A stretch of 64,000 bases of DNA, from NCBI GenBank assembly GCA_965226885.1, contig CBDDEL010000017.1, positions 224,001-288,000 of the forward strand, given 5' to 3'. Position numbers and translations under genes: made by a program. This document shows positions 9,988 through 20,673 of this stretch, one piece after another; within the stretch, counting starts at the first letter, position 1, and each line of letters begins with the position of its first letter. Under the pieces are notes generated by a model, which was not told the DNA's origin, ran no database searches, and worked only from the letters and a program-made list of their open reading frames with translations. The stretch is from Opitutales bacterium (lineage in GTDB: Bacteria > Verrucomicrobiota > Verrucomicrobiia > Opitutales > UBA2987).

Positions 9988-10791
9988 TCAGGCTTGCAGA
10001 AGCTCAGGCTTGTTCATTTTCCAGGCGGCAGCGCCAGCCAGCAGGGTCATCAAGACGATGATGCCCCATTCGTTTAGTGTGGGGATGACCTGATTCGCAG
10101 CACCGCCGGTTGTCGCCCCTGCCAGGATGGGTTCTCCCGGCACTTTTTCCCAGGCCCAGTCGATGATTTCTACCGAACTGCTGTCTGCCGCAACACTGAC
10201 CTGGACCCAGCCGAAGTGTTCGCCCGTGGCATTCGTAAACCGGACGCCGATGTACTTGTTTCCCGCATCGGGGAAATTGCCATCACCATATTTGGTGCCA
10301 AGTATTTTCTGGCTTGCTCTCCAGGTTCCAGGCCCGGCAAGGAAGGTGGTGGTGTCGTTGACAATATTGTAGTTGCCGCTCAAGGCCTTGACATAATTAG
10401 TGCCGCCAGGAGAGGCAATGGCCTCCGCATCAATATTGGCGGTGCCAAATTTCTGTGGTGAGATAAAAGCTTTATCGACGCTGTAAATGTTGCTGTTATA
10501 AAAAATCGTGTAAAAGCTTTGGATTATATCCAAGTCAGTAACGCCATCATCGTCTAAATCGATGTTCTCAGTTCTGTCCGTCACCAAAATATTCCGCAGG
10601 CCGTTGTACTGTATGGTAGCTTCTGCCGCAGGTGCGATGGCCAGGGCAGCGCCACCGGCGGCGGCACTAGCCAAGGCGAGATTTCCGGTCCTGGCCGGGC
10701 CTTTCCCCGCCGCAAGAGCCGATGCCTGGTAGGCATCCAGTTTGTCCTTTAAATCACTGATTTTCTTAACTGCTGGCTTTTTCTTCATCAT
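9988..10791 (-). CDS. IPTL-CTERM sorting-signal surface protein
   Basis: C-terminal IPTLNEWGIIVLMTLLAGAAAWKM; Ala-rich N-terminal signal ending PAAEA. Confidence 0.85.
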   Translation of the reverse strand: MMKKKPAVKKISDLKDKLDAYQASALAAGKGPARTGNLALASAAAGGAALAIAPAAEATIQYNGLRNILVTDRTENIDLDDDGVTDLDIIQSFYTIFYNSNIYSVDKAFISPQKFGTANIDAEAIASPGGTNYVKALSGNYNIVNDTTTFLAGPGTWRASQKILGTKYGDGNFPDAGNKYIGVRFTNATGEHFGWVQVSVAADSSSVEIIDWAWEKVPGEPILAGATTGGAANQVIPTLNEWGIIVLMTLLAGAAAWKMNKPELLQA

Positions 10792-11252
10792 GTAGGAGAT
10801 TTTTGGGGTGAACAGACAGACTTGTACATTCTGGGGTGTCAATTAGACTGAATTATCATATAGTTTAGATGAAATAATAAGTCAACAAAAAATGCCCTTA
10901 CGGGATTTCCTGCATATCAGGTGAAACATCTAGGCAGGTTCTTCCCCCCCTTTCAGAAAAAATTTTGATCGGCATTTGAATAATACGTTTATGCTTCCTG
11001 AAAGTCCCTTTTGTAAAATTTCTGGGATAGACAGATTGACCAATACGTAGATCGCCATCTGAGAAATGTATCGACCCCCCCCCGCCCCCTTCGGCAGTCC
11101 TGACATTTTCCTATCAAAAAACAGCCATTCCTATCAAATTTATGGCCGTTCCTTGCCGTTTAGTTCCTTTCAATGCTCAAACGGTGGATGGCCTGTAAGC
11201 CAGTAAATAAGCGGGATGTCCGATAAATAAAGGGCTGGAAGCCGATTTACGA

Positions 11253-11861
11253 TTAACCCACGTTGACGGTTTGCGAAACCGTGGAACGTTTAATCAATTT
11301 GCGCGCGGCTTCGTTCATGGGATCTATTTCCAGAATCCTGTCGCCCATTTTTTCGGCTTCTGATAAACGGCCCAAGGCGAGACTCGCATTACCCAAAGCG
11401 AGTAGATTGGCTACACTGCGGGGTTGGCTCAGGAGAATTTCTTGCCGGGCGAAAAGCGCCGTTTCGGCAAATCCAAGGGACTGCGCAGTGGAAGCCAGCA
11501 ATTGGTTGGCTCTAATGCTGTCCGGCTGGCGGCATAATATTTTTTCCGCACTATTTAAGACCAAATAAGGATATTTGCTTAATAAATACTTTCCCAAAAG
11601 AAAATCGGCCCACGAAAAAACGAATTTTATTATAACTGCCAATCTATAGGTGCCGGATAAGCAATTTTCTTTCTGCGCCTTGCGTAATATTTTTCGCACC
11701 GCAAGACAGCCCGGTTGACGGCGAATGACATGCCTGCAAATATCGACGGCATACCATGGTTGACCGCTGTCAATCGCCAGGCTGGCCTTTTTAACCTGCA
11801 ATTGAAGGCGAGGCTCCAATCCCAAAAAATCGATTTCCTTTATTGAGGTGTTCACTGCCAC
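11253..11861 (-). CDS. TPR-like helical repeat protein, possibly C-terminally truncated
   Basis: TPR-like helices (ALGNASLALGRLSEAEKMGDRILEIDPMNEAA); follows glmM on the same strand. Confidence 0.6.
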   Translation of the reverse strand: MAVNTSIKEIDFLGLEPRLQLQVKKASLAIDSGQPWYAVDICRHVIRRQPGCLAVRKILRKAQKENCLSGTYRLAVIIKFVFSWADFLLGKYLLSKYPYLVLNSAEKILCRQPDSIRANQLLASTAQSLGFAETALFARQEILLSQPRSVANLLALGNASLALGRLSEAEKMGDRILEIDPMNEAARKLIKRSTVSQTVNVG

Positions 11862-11900
11862 GGTCGGTATTTTATATTATCAAGTTCAACTTAACTAAAT

Positions 11901-13256
11901 CTAACCACAGGGCAAGTGTTCGGCAACGGATTTTTCCAGCCTGGCCATCCAGTTTAGTATCTGTTCCCTGTTTTCGCCTTCGACCAGGAGCCGGAGCAAG
12001 GATTCAGTGCCCGAGTAGCGCATCAATAACCTGCCTGTTCCTACCATTTCTTTTTCCAGTTCCTCTACTATGTCGGTAAACTCAGGAACCCCGTCGAATG
12101 GAATTTTTCGGGCCACTTTGATATTTTTTTTAATTTGCACCTGTAATTGCACACAGCGTCGCAATTGGGATAGTGGGCGGCCTGTCTCTTTCATCACTTC
12201 CAGAACTTTGAGAGCAGCATAAAGCCCGTCAGCGGTCGGGAAATGATCGGGAAAAATAATATGACCGGAGGATTCTCCGCCCAGGGAACATTTCTCTTCC
12301 ATCATTTTATGCACCACGTTGCGGTCTCCCACAGCCACGCGTTCCACCCGGATTCCGGCCCTGTTGAGCGCTTTATTCAAACCAAGGTTGCTCATGATCG
12401 TTACCACTACAACTTCTCCACACAGCTTTCCTTGTTTTAGGGCGTGCAATGCCAATAATGTCAGCGCCTCATCGCCATCAAGCACGGATCCCTCTTCATC
12501 GCACAGGACCAAGCGGTCGCCATCGCCATCAAAGGCAATCCCAAGGCGAGCGCCTTCGTCCAGCACCCGCCGAGCTAGTATTTGGGGATGCTCAGAACCG
12601 CAACCGTCGTTGATATTACCGCCATTCGGCTCATCACCCAAAGTAATGATGTCGGCTCCGAGACGGCCAAAAGCTATCGGCGCGGACTGGCAAGCGGCCC
12701 CATTGGCCATATCGATAACGATTTTCCATCCCTTGAAATCTCCCTTTGAAAACAAGGAACCCACTGATTCGAGATAGCCATCTCTAATGGTGACAGGTTG
12801 CGGTGGTTCGCTCTTATCAAAAGAAACTACACTACACTCGGAGAGGGATTTTGTAATTTCCCTTTCAGCCTCAACATCCAATTTTCTCCCCTCCTTGGAA
12901 AGAAACTTTATGCCGTTATCGGAAGCTGAATTATGAGACGCTGTGATGACGGCACCAAAATCCGCACCATTGTTAAAAACTTCCATAGCCAAGGCAGGAG
13001 TAGGTATAATACCGATATTTTTGACATCGTAAACACCTGATGCATTTAAGCCTGTAATTAATGCTTTAGATAGTTCCTCGCCCGAGGCACGGGTGTCCCT
13101 GCCGATGACCACCTTTGGTTTTTCGATACCCCCTACATCTTTGTCGCATAAGTATATACCAACCACATAACCCAATTTCGTAAAATACTCAGGATTGATG
13201 AATTCGCTGCCGAATTCACCGCGCAATCCGTCCGTTCCAAAGATGTTTTCGCTCAT
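11901..13256 (-). CDS. glmM: phosphoglucosamine mutase
   Basis: FGTDG, TASHN, FDGDGDR, GGESSGH and RYSGTE motifs. Confidence 0.95.
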   Translation of the reverse strand: MSENIFGTDGLRGEFGSEFINPEYFTKLGYVVGIYLCDKDVGGIEKPKVVIGRDTRASGEELSKALITGLNASGVYDVKNIGIIPTPALAMEVFNNGADFGAVITASHNSASDNGIKFLSKEGRKLDVEAEREITKSLSECSVVSFDKSEPPQPVTIRDGYLESVGSLFSKGDFKGWKIVIDMANGAACQSAPIAFGRLGADIITLGDEPNGGNINDGCGSEHPQILARRVLDEGARLGIAFDGDGDRLVLCDEEGSVLDGDEALTLLALHALKQGKLCGEVVVVTIMSNLGLNKALNRAGIRVERVAVGDRNVVHKMMEEKCSLGGESSGHIIFPDHFPTADGLYAALKVLEVMKETGRPLSQLRRCVQLQVQIKKNIKVARKIPFDGVPEFTDIVEELEKEMVGTGRLLMRYSGTESLLRLLVEGENREQILNWMARLEKSVAEHLPCG

Positions 13257-14278
13257 GACGCGTAGAAATCTCGAGCCTTTTGCAGCCAGGCCTTGAGAGT
13301 TCCACCCAGGACGATTTCCCTGGCCAGGGTGAAGCCTTCATTCTTGCCGTAAATCCAGAAGGCCGTCCCGGCATTGTAAAGAATGGTGTCGAGGAGTCCC
13401 TTTTTGCTCTTTCCATCAAGGAGGCGGTAAAGAATTTCGAGGTTTTCTTCGGCCGATCCGCCAGACAGATCGGACTTTTGGCATTGCTCGAAACCGGACA
13501 CTTCGGGCCTCCACATGGCATCCACATCAGCCAACTGCCCCACCCCGGCGACGCGGTTTTCACAAACGCAGGTCAACTCATCCATGCCTCCCCCATCCGG
13601 CATGTGCCCAAAAACGACGAGGCCGCGCTTGACGCCCAGGGAATCGAGGGAACGAGCCACCGGATAAACCCATTTCTGGGAGTAAACGCCCATCATGATA
13701 TAAGCCGGAGCGGCCGGGTTGATGAGTGGTCCCAGGAGATTGAAAATGGTTCGCTCGCCCTTCTCCGCCAATTCCCGCCGGACCGGCATTATTTCCTTAA
13801 AAGCAGGATGATAGGCGGGAGCAAAAAGAAAACCATAATTGAGGGCCTCCATGGATTCCCGTAATTTCCGGGTATCGGCTTCGATATTCAGGCCCAGTGC
13901 GACCAAAAAATCGGCGGCGCCGCTTTTCGAGGTGATGGAGCGATTGCCATGCTTGATTACGGGAATATCGGCGGCCGCCAGGATGAAAGAAACCACCGTG
14001 GAAATATTGAAACTGCCGGAGTGGTCTCCCCCCGTGCCGACAACATCAATGGCCTCCCCGGAATAATCTTGAAGACCGGGATCGCGCGCCAATTCCCTGA
14101 ATACCTTGGCAAATGAAGCCACCTCGGACGCGGATTCGCCTTTTTTGGAAAGTTCGAGCAGGAAATCCTTCTTCAACTTAGCCGGAACTTCGGTGGAAGC
14201 AAGCTGCCGGGCAGCATCTTCGGCCTGCTCATCAGTCAATGAAACGCCTTCGGAGAGGGTGGCAATTAGTGTTTCCAA
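13253..14278 (-). CDS. trpD: anthranilate phosphoribosyltransferase
   Basis: DVVGTGGD, FNIST, KHGNR and RTIFNLLGPLINP motifs. Confidence 0.97.
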   Translation of the reverse strand: METLIATLSEGVSLTDEQAEDAARQLASTEVPAKLKKDFLLELSKKGESASEVASFAKVFRELARDPGLQDYSGEAIDVVGTGGDHSGSFNISTVVSFILAAADIPVIKHGNRSITSKSGAADFLVALGLNIEADTRKLRESMEALNYGFLFAPAYHPAFKEIMPVRRELAEKGERTIFNLLGPLINPAAPAYIMMGVYSQKWVYPVARSLDSLGVKRGLVVFGHMPDGGGMDELTCVCENRVAGVGQLADVDAMWRPEVSGFEQCQKSDLSGGSAEENLEILYRLLDGKSKKGLLDTILYNAGTAFWIYGKNEGFTLAREIVLGGTLKAWLQKARDFYAS

Positions 14279-14454
14279 TTTATTTAGCAGTCAGAGTTGT
14301 CCCATTGTCATCGTGTTTCATTCTCAACAGGCTCTACTCACGGGACACCTCTTGCTCAAGACAAATTCTGCAAAACTGGCCCCCGGAGCCGATAAAAATA
14401 TTCCTGTCCAAAACCGGCAATAGTTGTTTTCCTTACCCCAAAAAATTTCAGACC

Positions 14455-15426
14455 GTGTATTATAGCTTCAGGTGTTCTTGTTATATTGTCTCATTCTTTC
14501 TTTTGCTGGGAACGGCTGCGATTGGCCAGGAAATGACAGAAACCGCCCTGGAAACCGAATCTGGCGACCCCCAAGCGGTTCTATCCTACCGGGAAGCCTT
14601 GGTCTTGGGCCTGGTTGAGGGCCTGACGGAATTTCTGCCCGTCTCATCGACTGGCCATCTAATACTGGCCGGCGACCTCCTGGGGTTGAAGGAGGGGGAG
14701 CCCGAGGGCAGCTCCAACGCGGTCAAAGCAGCCGTTGACGCTTACAGCATCGTCATTCAATTCGGGGCCATAGCCGCAGTCACCCTGGTTTACTGGAGCA
14801 GAATCGTCTCTATCTTTCTTGGTTTGGCCGGCAAAAGCAGGAACGGCCTGCTATTGGGGAGAAACCTTCTGGCGGCTTTTGTGCCCGCGGTGGTCATAGG
14901 ATTGCTGCTCGAAGATATTATCAGTGCCTACCTGTTCCACAACTTCACCGTGGCCGCCGCTTTGATGGCCGGTGGCTTGCTTATTTTTTATATGGACTGG
15001 TGGCAAAAGCGCAAAAGCCGCTCATCGCCCGAAGAGGATGTGCAAATTTATGAACTCACCTTGCGGCAATCCGTTCTGGTGGGGCTTTTTCAATGCGTGG
15101 CCCTGTGGCCGGGAGCAAGTCGCTCCCTTATGGCCATTGTCGGTGGCTGTGTGGTCGGGCTGAAACCCTGGCGGGCGGCCGAATTCAGTTTTTTGCTGGG
15201 CTTGCCGACCTTGACCGGGGCCGCTTTTTACAAAGGACTCAAGGCAGGTCCGGAAATGATGGATGTATTAGGCTTTGGGCCCCTCGTTGTCGGCTGCCTG
15301 GCGGCAACCGTATCGGCCGGCCTGAGCGTAAAATGGATGGTGAGTTATCTGACCCGGCACGGTCTTTCCATTTTCGGTTACTATAGAATCGCATTGGCCC
15401 TATGGATCTTCGTTTATTTAATCTGA
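14455..15426 (+). CDS. uppP: undecaprenyl-diphosphate phosphatase (start uncertain)
   Basis: EGLTEFLPVSSTGH, Q..ALWPGASRS and AAEFSFLL motifs. Confidence 0.9.
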   Translation: MYYSFRCSCYIVSFFLLLGTAAIGQEMTETALETESGDPQAVLSYREALVLGLVEGLTEFLPVSSTGHLILAGDLLGLKEGEPEGSSNAVKAAVDAYSIVIQFGAIAAVTLVYWSRIVSIFLGLAGKSRNGLLLGRNLLAAFVPAVVIGLLLEDIISAYLFHNFTVAAALMAGGLLIFYMDWWQKRKSRSSPEEDVQIYELTLRQSVLVGLFQCVALWPGASRSLMAIVGGCVVGLKPWRAAEFSFLLGLPTLTGAAFYKGLKAGPEMMDVLGFGPLVVGCLAATVSAGLSVKWMVSYLTRHGLSIFGYYRIALALWIFVYLI

Positions 15427-15610
15427 AATCGCCCGGTTTTACAGCCGTATGAACCCTTGCAGGACAATAAAAAGCGATTCATTTAGAGGTGAAAACTTAG
15501 CTTGACGAGGGATACTGCGATCGTAGAATCGGCCTCTTTTCTAAATTCAACCTGGCTCTCGCAGGTCCGACAGAAGCCAACTTCATTATTTTCAATCGCA
15601 GGAAAGATCC

Positions 15611-15790
15611 ATGGCCACACCTAAACGAAAACATTCCAAACAACGAAGCCGCAAGCGTCGCGGGGCCAACCGCTTTCAGGCCCCCCAGCTTTCCAAAGAT
15701 TCGACCGACGGCACACTTTTCCGACCGCATCGGGTCAACCCGGCCAATGGGATGTACCGGGGCCGCCAAATCCTCGACATCGAAGTCTAA
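15611..15790 (+). CDS. rpmF: 50S ribosomal protein L32 (Cys-less form; absent from the ORF track)
   Basis: MATPKRKHSKQRSRKRR...RPHRVNPANGMYRGRQIL, 59 aa, directly upstream of plsX-fabH. Confidence 0.95.
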   Translation: MATPKRKHSKQRSRKRRGANRFQAPQLSKDSTDGTLFRPHRVNPANGMYRGRQILDIEV

Positions 15791-15882
15791 CCCTTCTACC
15801 AACCCCATATATTGCCGGAAAGGGGCGAGGCACTATATCTCCTCTCTTTCTTTTCCCTGATTTTGATGCCCTAAACATTCGG

Positions 15883-16953
15883 GTGGAAATGGCTGCAAAT
15901 AAAGTCCATGAAGGAATTGCCATAGACGCAATGGGTGGAGACCTCGGCACCGCTGAGGTCGTGCGCGCCGTGGTCCTGGCCTTCGAGCAAATAAAAAACC
16001 TTGGACCGATTGTCCTGGTGGGCAAGGAGCGGCTCCTGCAAAGGCTGATTCAGGTGGCCGGTTTGGCGGACGAGCCGAGACTGAGCATTTTTCCCGCGAC
16101 TCAAGTCATCGGGATGGGTGAAAAACCCATTAAAAGCCTCAAGCAGAAAAAGGATTCCTCCCTCGTCAGAGCCATAGAACTGGTCAAGGAAGGCAAATGC
16201 CAAGCAGTCATCAGTTGTGGAAACACGGGCAGCCTGATGGCGGGCAGTACCCTTAAAATAAGGCCCTTGCCGGGGGTGGAAAGACCAGCCCTGGCCGCAA
16301 TCATGCCGGCCAAAAAGGAACTTTTTCTCATGCTCGACGCCGGCGCCAACCCCATGGCCAAGCCCGAGCACCTGGTGCACAATGCCATACTCGGCCACCA
16401 CTACAGCAAAGTTGTGATGGGAAAAACAAAACCACGCATCGGTTTGTTGAGCAATGGCTCTGAGGAAACTAAGGGAAACGAATTGGTGCAAAACACTCAC
16501 AAACTGCTTAAGCAACTGGGCTCCCTGATCAATTACGAGGGTCCCATCGAAGGTTTTGAAGTTTTCAACAACAAGGTGGATGTCATCGTTACCGATGGAT
16601 TTACGGGAAATGTAATGTTAAAGTCCTGTGAATCGCTGGTTCTTTCCATGAGTGATTTTTTGAAGGAGGAAATCGTAAAAAATCCCATTAGACTGACCGG
16701 TGCGCTTTTATCCAAAGGCGCTTTTAAAAACGTGCGGGACCAGTTCAATCCTGATAATTACGGCGGTGCGCCGCTTCTCGGGCTAAATAGCCATGTGCGT
16801 AAATCACATGGATCAAGCAATCGATTCGCCATCATGAACGCCATCCGGGTGACTCAGGAAGTGGTGGCCAATGACTACAATTCCAAAGCCCTGACCGATA
16901 TCAAGAGGGCCAATGAAATAATAAAAGAGGGACGCAAGGAAGGGCAGCGCTAA
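15883..16953 (+). CDS. plsX: phosphate acyltransferase PlsX
   Basis: IAIDAMGGD, GNTG, LDAGAN, DGFTGN and YGGAPLLG motifs. Confidence 0.97.
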   Translation: MEMAANKVHEGIAIDAMGGDLGTAEVVRAVVLAFEQIKNLGPIVLVGKERLLQRLIQVAGLADEPRLSIFPATQVIGMGEKPIKSLKQKKDSSLVRAIELVKEGKCQAVISCGNTGSLMAGSTLKIRPLPGVERPALAAIMPAKKELFLMLDAGANPMAKPEHLVHNAILGHHYSKVVMGKTKPRIGLLSNGSEETKGNELVQNTHKLLKQLGSLINYEGPIEGFEVFNNKVDVIVTDGFTGNVMLKSCESLVLSMSDFLKEEIVKNPIRLTGALLSKGAFKNVRDQFNPDNYGGAPLLGLNSHVRKSHGSSNRFAIMNAIRVTQEVVANDYNSKALTDIKRANEIIKEGRKEGQR

Positions 16954-17061
16954 CTGGCCGCCCACCAAAAGTCTGAATAATAATGGAGCAAAGCGCCTTG
17001 ACACCATGTCGTTTTGTATGCGTTTTTTTTAACCCGCCCCCAAAACAGGCAACGGCAAATA

Positions 17062-18063
17062 ATGATTAACGGCAAAGATTCATCCATTATTTTTGGGGGA
17101 ATCGGTTCCTATGCCCCACAGAAGATTCTCAGCAATCAGGAACTGGCTAAAATCGTCGATACATCCGACGAATGGATCCGCAGCAGAACGGGCATCCGGG
17201 AACGGCGCATCGCCCAAAATGGCGAATCTTGCTCGGACATGGGAGCCCGCGCCGCCCGTGCCGCTATAGCGCAAGCCAATTTAAAACCGGAGGATATCGA
17301 CCTTCTCATCGTGGCCACGATGACCCCGGACATGCTTTTTCCCTCAACCGCCTGTATCATCCAGACGAAGCTGGGGCTAAGGAACATCCCCTGTTTCGAT
17401 GTAGGGGCGGCCTGCTCGGGTTTTCTCTATACTCTGGAAATCGGCTGCCAGATGATGAAATCGGGCGACTACCGAAATGCCCTCATCATCGGGGCGGAAA
17501 AACTCTCCAGCATACTGGATTGGCAGGACCGCTCCACCTGCGTCTTATTCGGCGACGGGGCCGGAGCAGTGGTTTTGACATCCGTGGACAGACCCGGGAT
17601 CGGCATCCTCGGGACGAGTCTGGCAGCCAACGGAGCGGATGGAAAAATCCTCAACATGCCGGGCGGGGGCAGCAATGAGCCAGCCACCACGAAAAGCGTT
17701 CTGGAACGCCGCCACTACCTCAAAATGATGGGCCGCGAGGTTTTCAAAATTGCCGTGCGGGTAATGGAACAAAGCGCCTTGGATCTTCTTGTCCGCCATA
17801 ACATAAAACCCGAGGAGGTGGATTGCATTATCCCTCACCAGGCCAATATGCGAATCATCGAACTGATGTCCTCCCGGATGGGCCTGCCCATGGAAAAATT
17901 TCCCATCAACCTCGATCGTTATGGCAACACCTCGGCCGCATCCATACCCCTGGCCCTGGATGAAGCTTACCAGGAGGGCAGGATAAAAAGTGGAGATTAC
18001 GTGCTCCTGATCGCTTTCGGCGCCGGGTTGACCTGGGCCTCTTCTTTAATCAAATGGCATTGA
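17062..18063 (+). CDS. fabH: beta-ketoacyl-ACP synthase III
   Basis: DTSDEWI..RTGI, AACSGF, PHQAN and GNTSAAS motifs. Confidence 0.97.
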   Translation: MINGKDSSIIFGGIGSYAPQKILSNQELAKIVDTSDEWIRSRTGIRERRIAQNGESCSDMGARAARAAIAQANLKPEDIDLLIVATMTPDMLFPSTACIIQTKLGLRNIPCFDVGAACSGFLYTLEIGCQMMKSGDYRNALIIGAEKLSSILDWQDRSTCVLFGDGAGAVVLTSVDRPGIGILGTSLAANGADGKILNMPGGGSNEPATTKSVLERRHYLKMMGREVFKIAVRVMEQSALDLLVRHNIKPEEVDCIIPHQANMRIIELMSSRMGLPMEKFPINLDRYGNTSAASIPLALDEAYQEGRIKSGDYVLLIAFGAGLTWASSLIKWH

Positions 18064-18074
18064 GTATTCCAAGC

Positions 18075-19364
18075 ATGACGCAACGCTTCATTTTAGCTAT
18101 AATAATCATCTGCTTTGCCTCCGCCATGGCGGTGGAAGGGGCATTGCTGGGAAAAAAGAAAAAAGAGATCCTGGACATCATCCAACAGGATGAGCTGGCC
18201 TTGAAATTGCTCAATAAAGCGGAGGAAGCCGAAGAGGCCGGCAGAAGAAAATCCGCCATCAAGCAATACAAGTTAATATTTAAAAAATACGCTAATTCCT
18301 ACTACAGCCCTGAAGCGCTCTACCGCGGCGCCAAATTACGTGCCCAACAGGGCAAATGGAAAAAAGCATATGAATCCTTTAATACGGTCGTCGTCTATTA
18401 CCCCCATTATGAGAAATTCAATGCCATTTTGCAGGAACAATTCGACATCGCAAACACCATTGCTACAACAAAAACCTCCCGCTTCTTTGGCGTCATACCG
18501 TTTTACAACTATGACGCTTCGATCAAATATTTTGAGGTCCTCATCGCCAATGCCCCCTACAGCGATTTCGCCCCGCTTTCCCTTTTTCAGGTAGCCCTCA
18601 TTCACAAGAAAAGGGGGCGGGAGATAAGGGCCATCGACGCATTTGATCGTCTTGTCAACAACTACCCTAAAAGCATGCTGGCCCCGGACGCCTACCGGGA
18701 ACTGGCCGATACCTTTGCCTCCCTCGTGGCCGGGCCCAAATACGATCAAGGGGCCACCCGCGAAGCCATTGCCAATTACAAGGACTACCTCATTCTCTTT
18801 CCAGACGATAATCTGGTGGAGGCGGGAGAAAAAGGCCTCCAGGAAATGGAGGATACTTTCGCCAAAAGTAAACTGGAAATGGGGGAATTTTATTATAAGA
18901 AACGCAAAAATTACGAGGCCGCCAGGATTTTCTTCAACGAAGCCATCACGGTGGCGCCAAACTCCAATAGCGCCCAGCATGCCCGTGATTACCTGGCTGT
19001 GATGCCGGAACCGGCTACCCCCGTCGAAGGCACGGAGGTAATCGTGGCAGCCGCCCAACCGGCTACCCCCGTCGAAGGCACGGAGGTAATCGTGGCAGCC
19101 GCCCAGGATGATTCCAGCAAGAGAGGATTGATCCGGCGTATGCAATTTTGGAGGAATAGTCAATCCGGCGAGATCCAGACGAACCTGGAGGAAGGTTCCG
19201 TCATCGAAGTCGCATCGGTCGAATCGCAATCCAGTGAATCGACGGAAAATACCGTCGATAGCGAAACCGCTCCGGCAGATGAAGATCCCTCCCGCGGCGT
19301 CTTCAACAGGATGGTATTTTGGAGAAAGGACCAGAAAAGGGAATCTCCCGTTTCGGATGAATAA
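18075..19364 (+). CDS. BamD-like TPR outer-membrane assembly protein with acidic C-terminal extension
   Basis: Signal peptide, TPR repeats, YDQGAT..A and FYYK..NY.AA motifs. Confidence 0.75.
   Translation: MTQRFILAIIIICFASAMAVEGALLGKKKKEILDIIQQDELALKLLNKAEEAEEAGRRKSAIKQYKLIFKKYANSYYSPEALYRGAKLRAQQGKWKKAYESFNTVVVYYPHYEKFNAILQEQFDIANTIATTKTSRFFGVIPFYNYDASIKYFEVLIANAPYSDFAPLSLFQVALIHKKRGREIRAIDAFDRLVNNYPKSMLAPDAYRELADTFASLVAGPKYDQGATREAIANYKDYLILFPDDNLVEAGEKGLQEMEDTFAKSKLEMGEFYYKKRKNYEAARIFFNEAITVAPNSNSAQHARDYLAVMPEPATPVEGTEVIVAAAQPATPVEGTEVIVAAAQDDSSKRGLIRRMQFWRNSQSGEIQTNLEEGSVIEVASVESQSSESTENTVDSETAPADEDPSRGVFNRMVFWRKDQKRESPVSDE
19009..19105 (+). repeat. 48-bp perfect in-frame tandem duplication
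   Basis: Encodes PATPVEGTEVIVAAAQ twice. Confidence 0.95.
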
Positions 19365-19934
19365 TTGAATAATCCCGGTAGAAAACCTGCTCCCGGGGCA
19401 GTCCCGGAGAGACCTCGCATCCCGAAAACTGGAGGGTTGCTCCTATCCATATATTTTTTATTATCAATATTATTAAATGGATGCGCCAGTTACCGGCTCG
19501 GCCCTCCGGCAGACCTTCCTTTTCGCACCTTGCACGTGGATTTGTCGCAAAACCAATCCACCGCTCCCCAGGCCCAGGCTCTCTTGACCCGTAACCTGAT
19601 CGAGGCCTTCCTGCGCGATGGCAGGCTGTCGATCGCAAATATAGACAGGGCGGAGGCCACCTTGCGCGTGACCCTATCCCATTTCAACCGCCGCTTCGCC
19701 GCCACACAGGAGGCCGACACGGCTCTAGGCCGGTCCTTCGCCTTGACCCTGGAAGCCACTGCCACCTTGGTGGACAACGCCAGTGGAAAAACTTATTTCA
19801 GAGATCGAATATTTACTGCCGATGATATTGCCTACGCGGACAGCGGGCTTAACCAGGCGGAATACCAGGCCATACCGCGATTGGCCCAAAACCTTGCCAA
19901 CAAAATTAAGGATAGCGTAGTCAATACCTGGTAA
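19365..19934 (+). CDS. lptE: LptE-family LPS assembly lipoprotein (start uncertain)
   Basis: Lipobox LLNGC followed by ASYRLG; C-terminal LAQNLA.KI.D.V..W; adjacent to the bamD-like gene. Confidence 0.7.
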   Translation: MNNPGRKPAPGAVPERPRIPKTGGLLLSIYFLLSILLNGCASYRLGPPADLPFRTLHVDLSQNQSTAPQAQALLTRNLIEAFLRDGRLSIANIDRAEATLRVTLSHFNRRFAATQEADTALGRSFALTLEATATLVDNASGKTYFRDRIFTADDIAYADSGLNQAEYQAIPRLAQNLANKIKDSVVNTW

Positions 19935-20016
19935 TAATCAGATAAAGACACCAGCCCCCTGACTTCTGTCTCCTTGCCCCACCTTCTTCTTCACCGCCAA
20001 AAACAACGTAAAGAAA

Positions 20017-20673
20017 ATGAGTCCCCATGCGCCCATCCTGGCTCCCTCCATCCTGGCCGGCGATCACGCCAACCTGGCCGCCAGCATAGATATCGTAGCG
20101 CAAACCGGGCTAAGATGGACGCACCTGGATATCATGGATGGACACTTCGTCCCCAACCTGTCGTTCGGCCCGCAAACGGTAGCCGACTTACGTAGAGTAA
20201 GCGATCTCTTTTTCGATGTCCATTTGATGTTGGATGAACCTCAGCGCTATGTGGAGGCCTTCGCCAAGTCCGGGGCCAACCTCATCAGCATCCATGTGGA
20301 AACCACCTGCCCGATTGTGGAAACCCTCGAAAAAATCCGGAAATTGGGCTGCCAAAACGGCATTGTTCTGAATCCCGACACACCGGCTGAATCCATACGG
20401 TTATTCCTGGACAAAGTGGACCTGGTCCTGGTCATGACCGTGCAGCCCAGCTTCGGTGGCCAAAGCTTCCGCCACGATGTTCTCGATAAAATCAGCCTCA
20501 TCAATCGCTGGCGCAGAGACAGCTCCCTTCCATTCAGGCTCGAAGTGGACGGAGGCATCAATGTTCAAACTGCACCCTTGTGCAGGGATAGCGGCTGCGA
20601 TACTTTTGTCGCCGGCACGGCCTTTTTCAAAGCCGCCGACAAGCTTAAATTTGCACGGTCCATCGAAAATTAG
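20017..20673 (+). CDS. rpe: ribulose-phosphate 3-epimerase
   Basis: HLDIMDGHFVPN, DVHLM and EVDGGI motifs. Confidence 0.97.
   Translation: MSPHAPILAPSILAGDHANLAASIDIVAQTGLRWTHLDIMDGHFVPNLSFGPQTVADLRRVSDLFFDVHLMLDEPQRYVEAFAKSGANLISIHVETTCPIVETLEKIRKLGCQNGIVLNPDTPAESIRLFLDKVDLVLVMTVQPSFGGQSFRHDVLDKISLINRWRRDSSLPFRLEVDGGINVQTAPLCRDSGCDTFVAGTAFFKAADKLKFARSIEN

Noticed and set aside
15611..15790. Cys-less L32 as a novelty
   Set aside because: Zinc-free L32 variants are well known.
15497..16515. Minus-strand ORFs 15497-15808, 15735-16025 and 15871-16515
   Set aside because: They are antisense shadows of rpmF and plsX.
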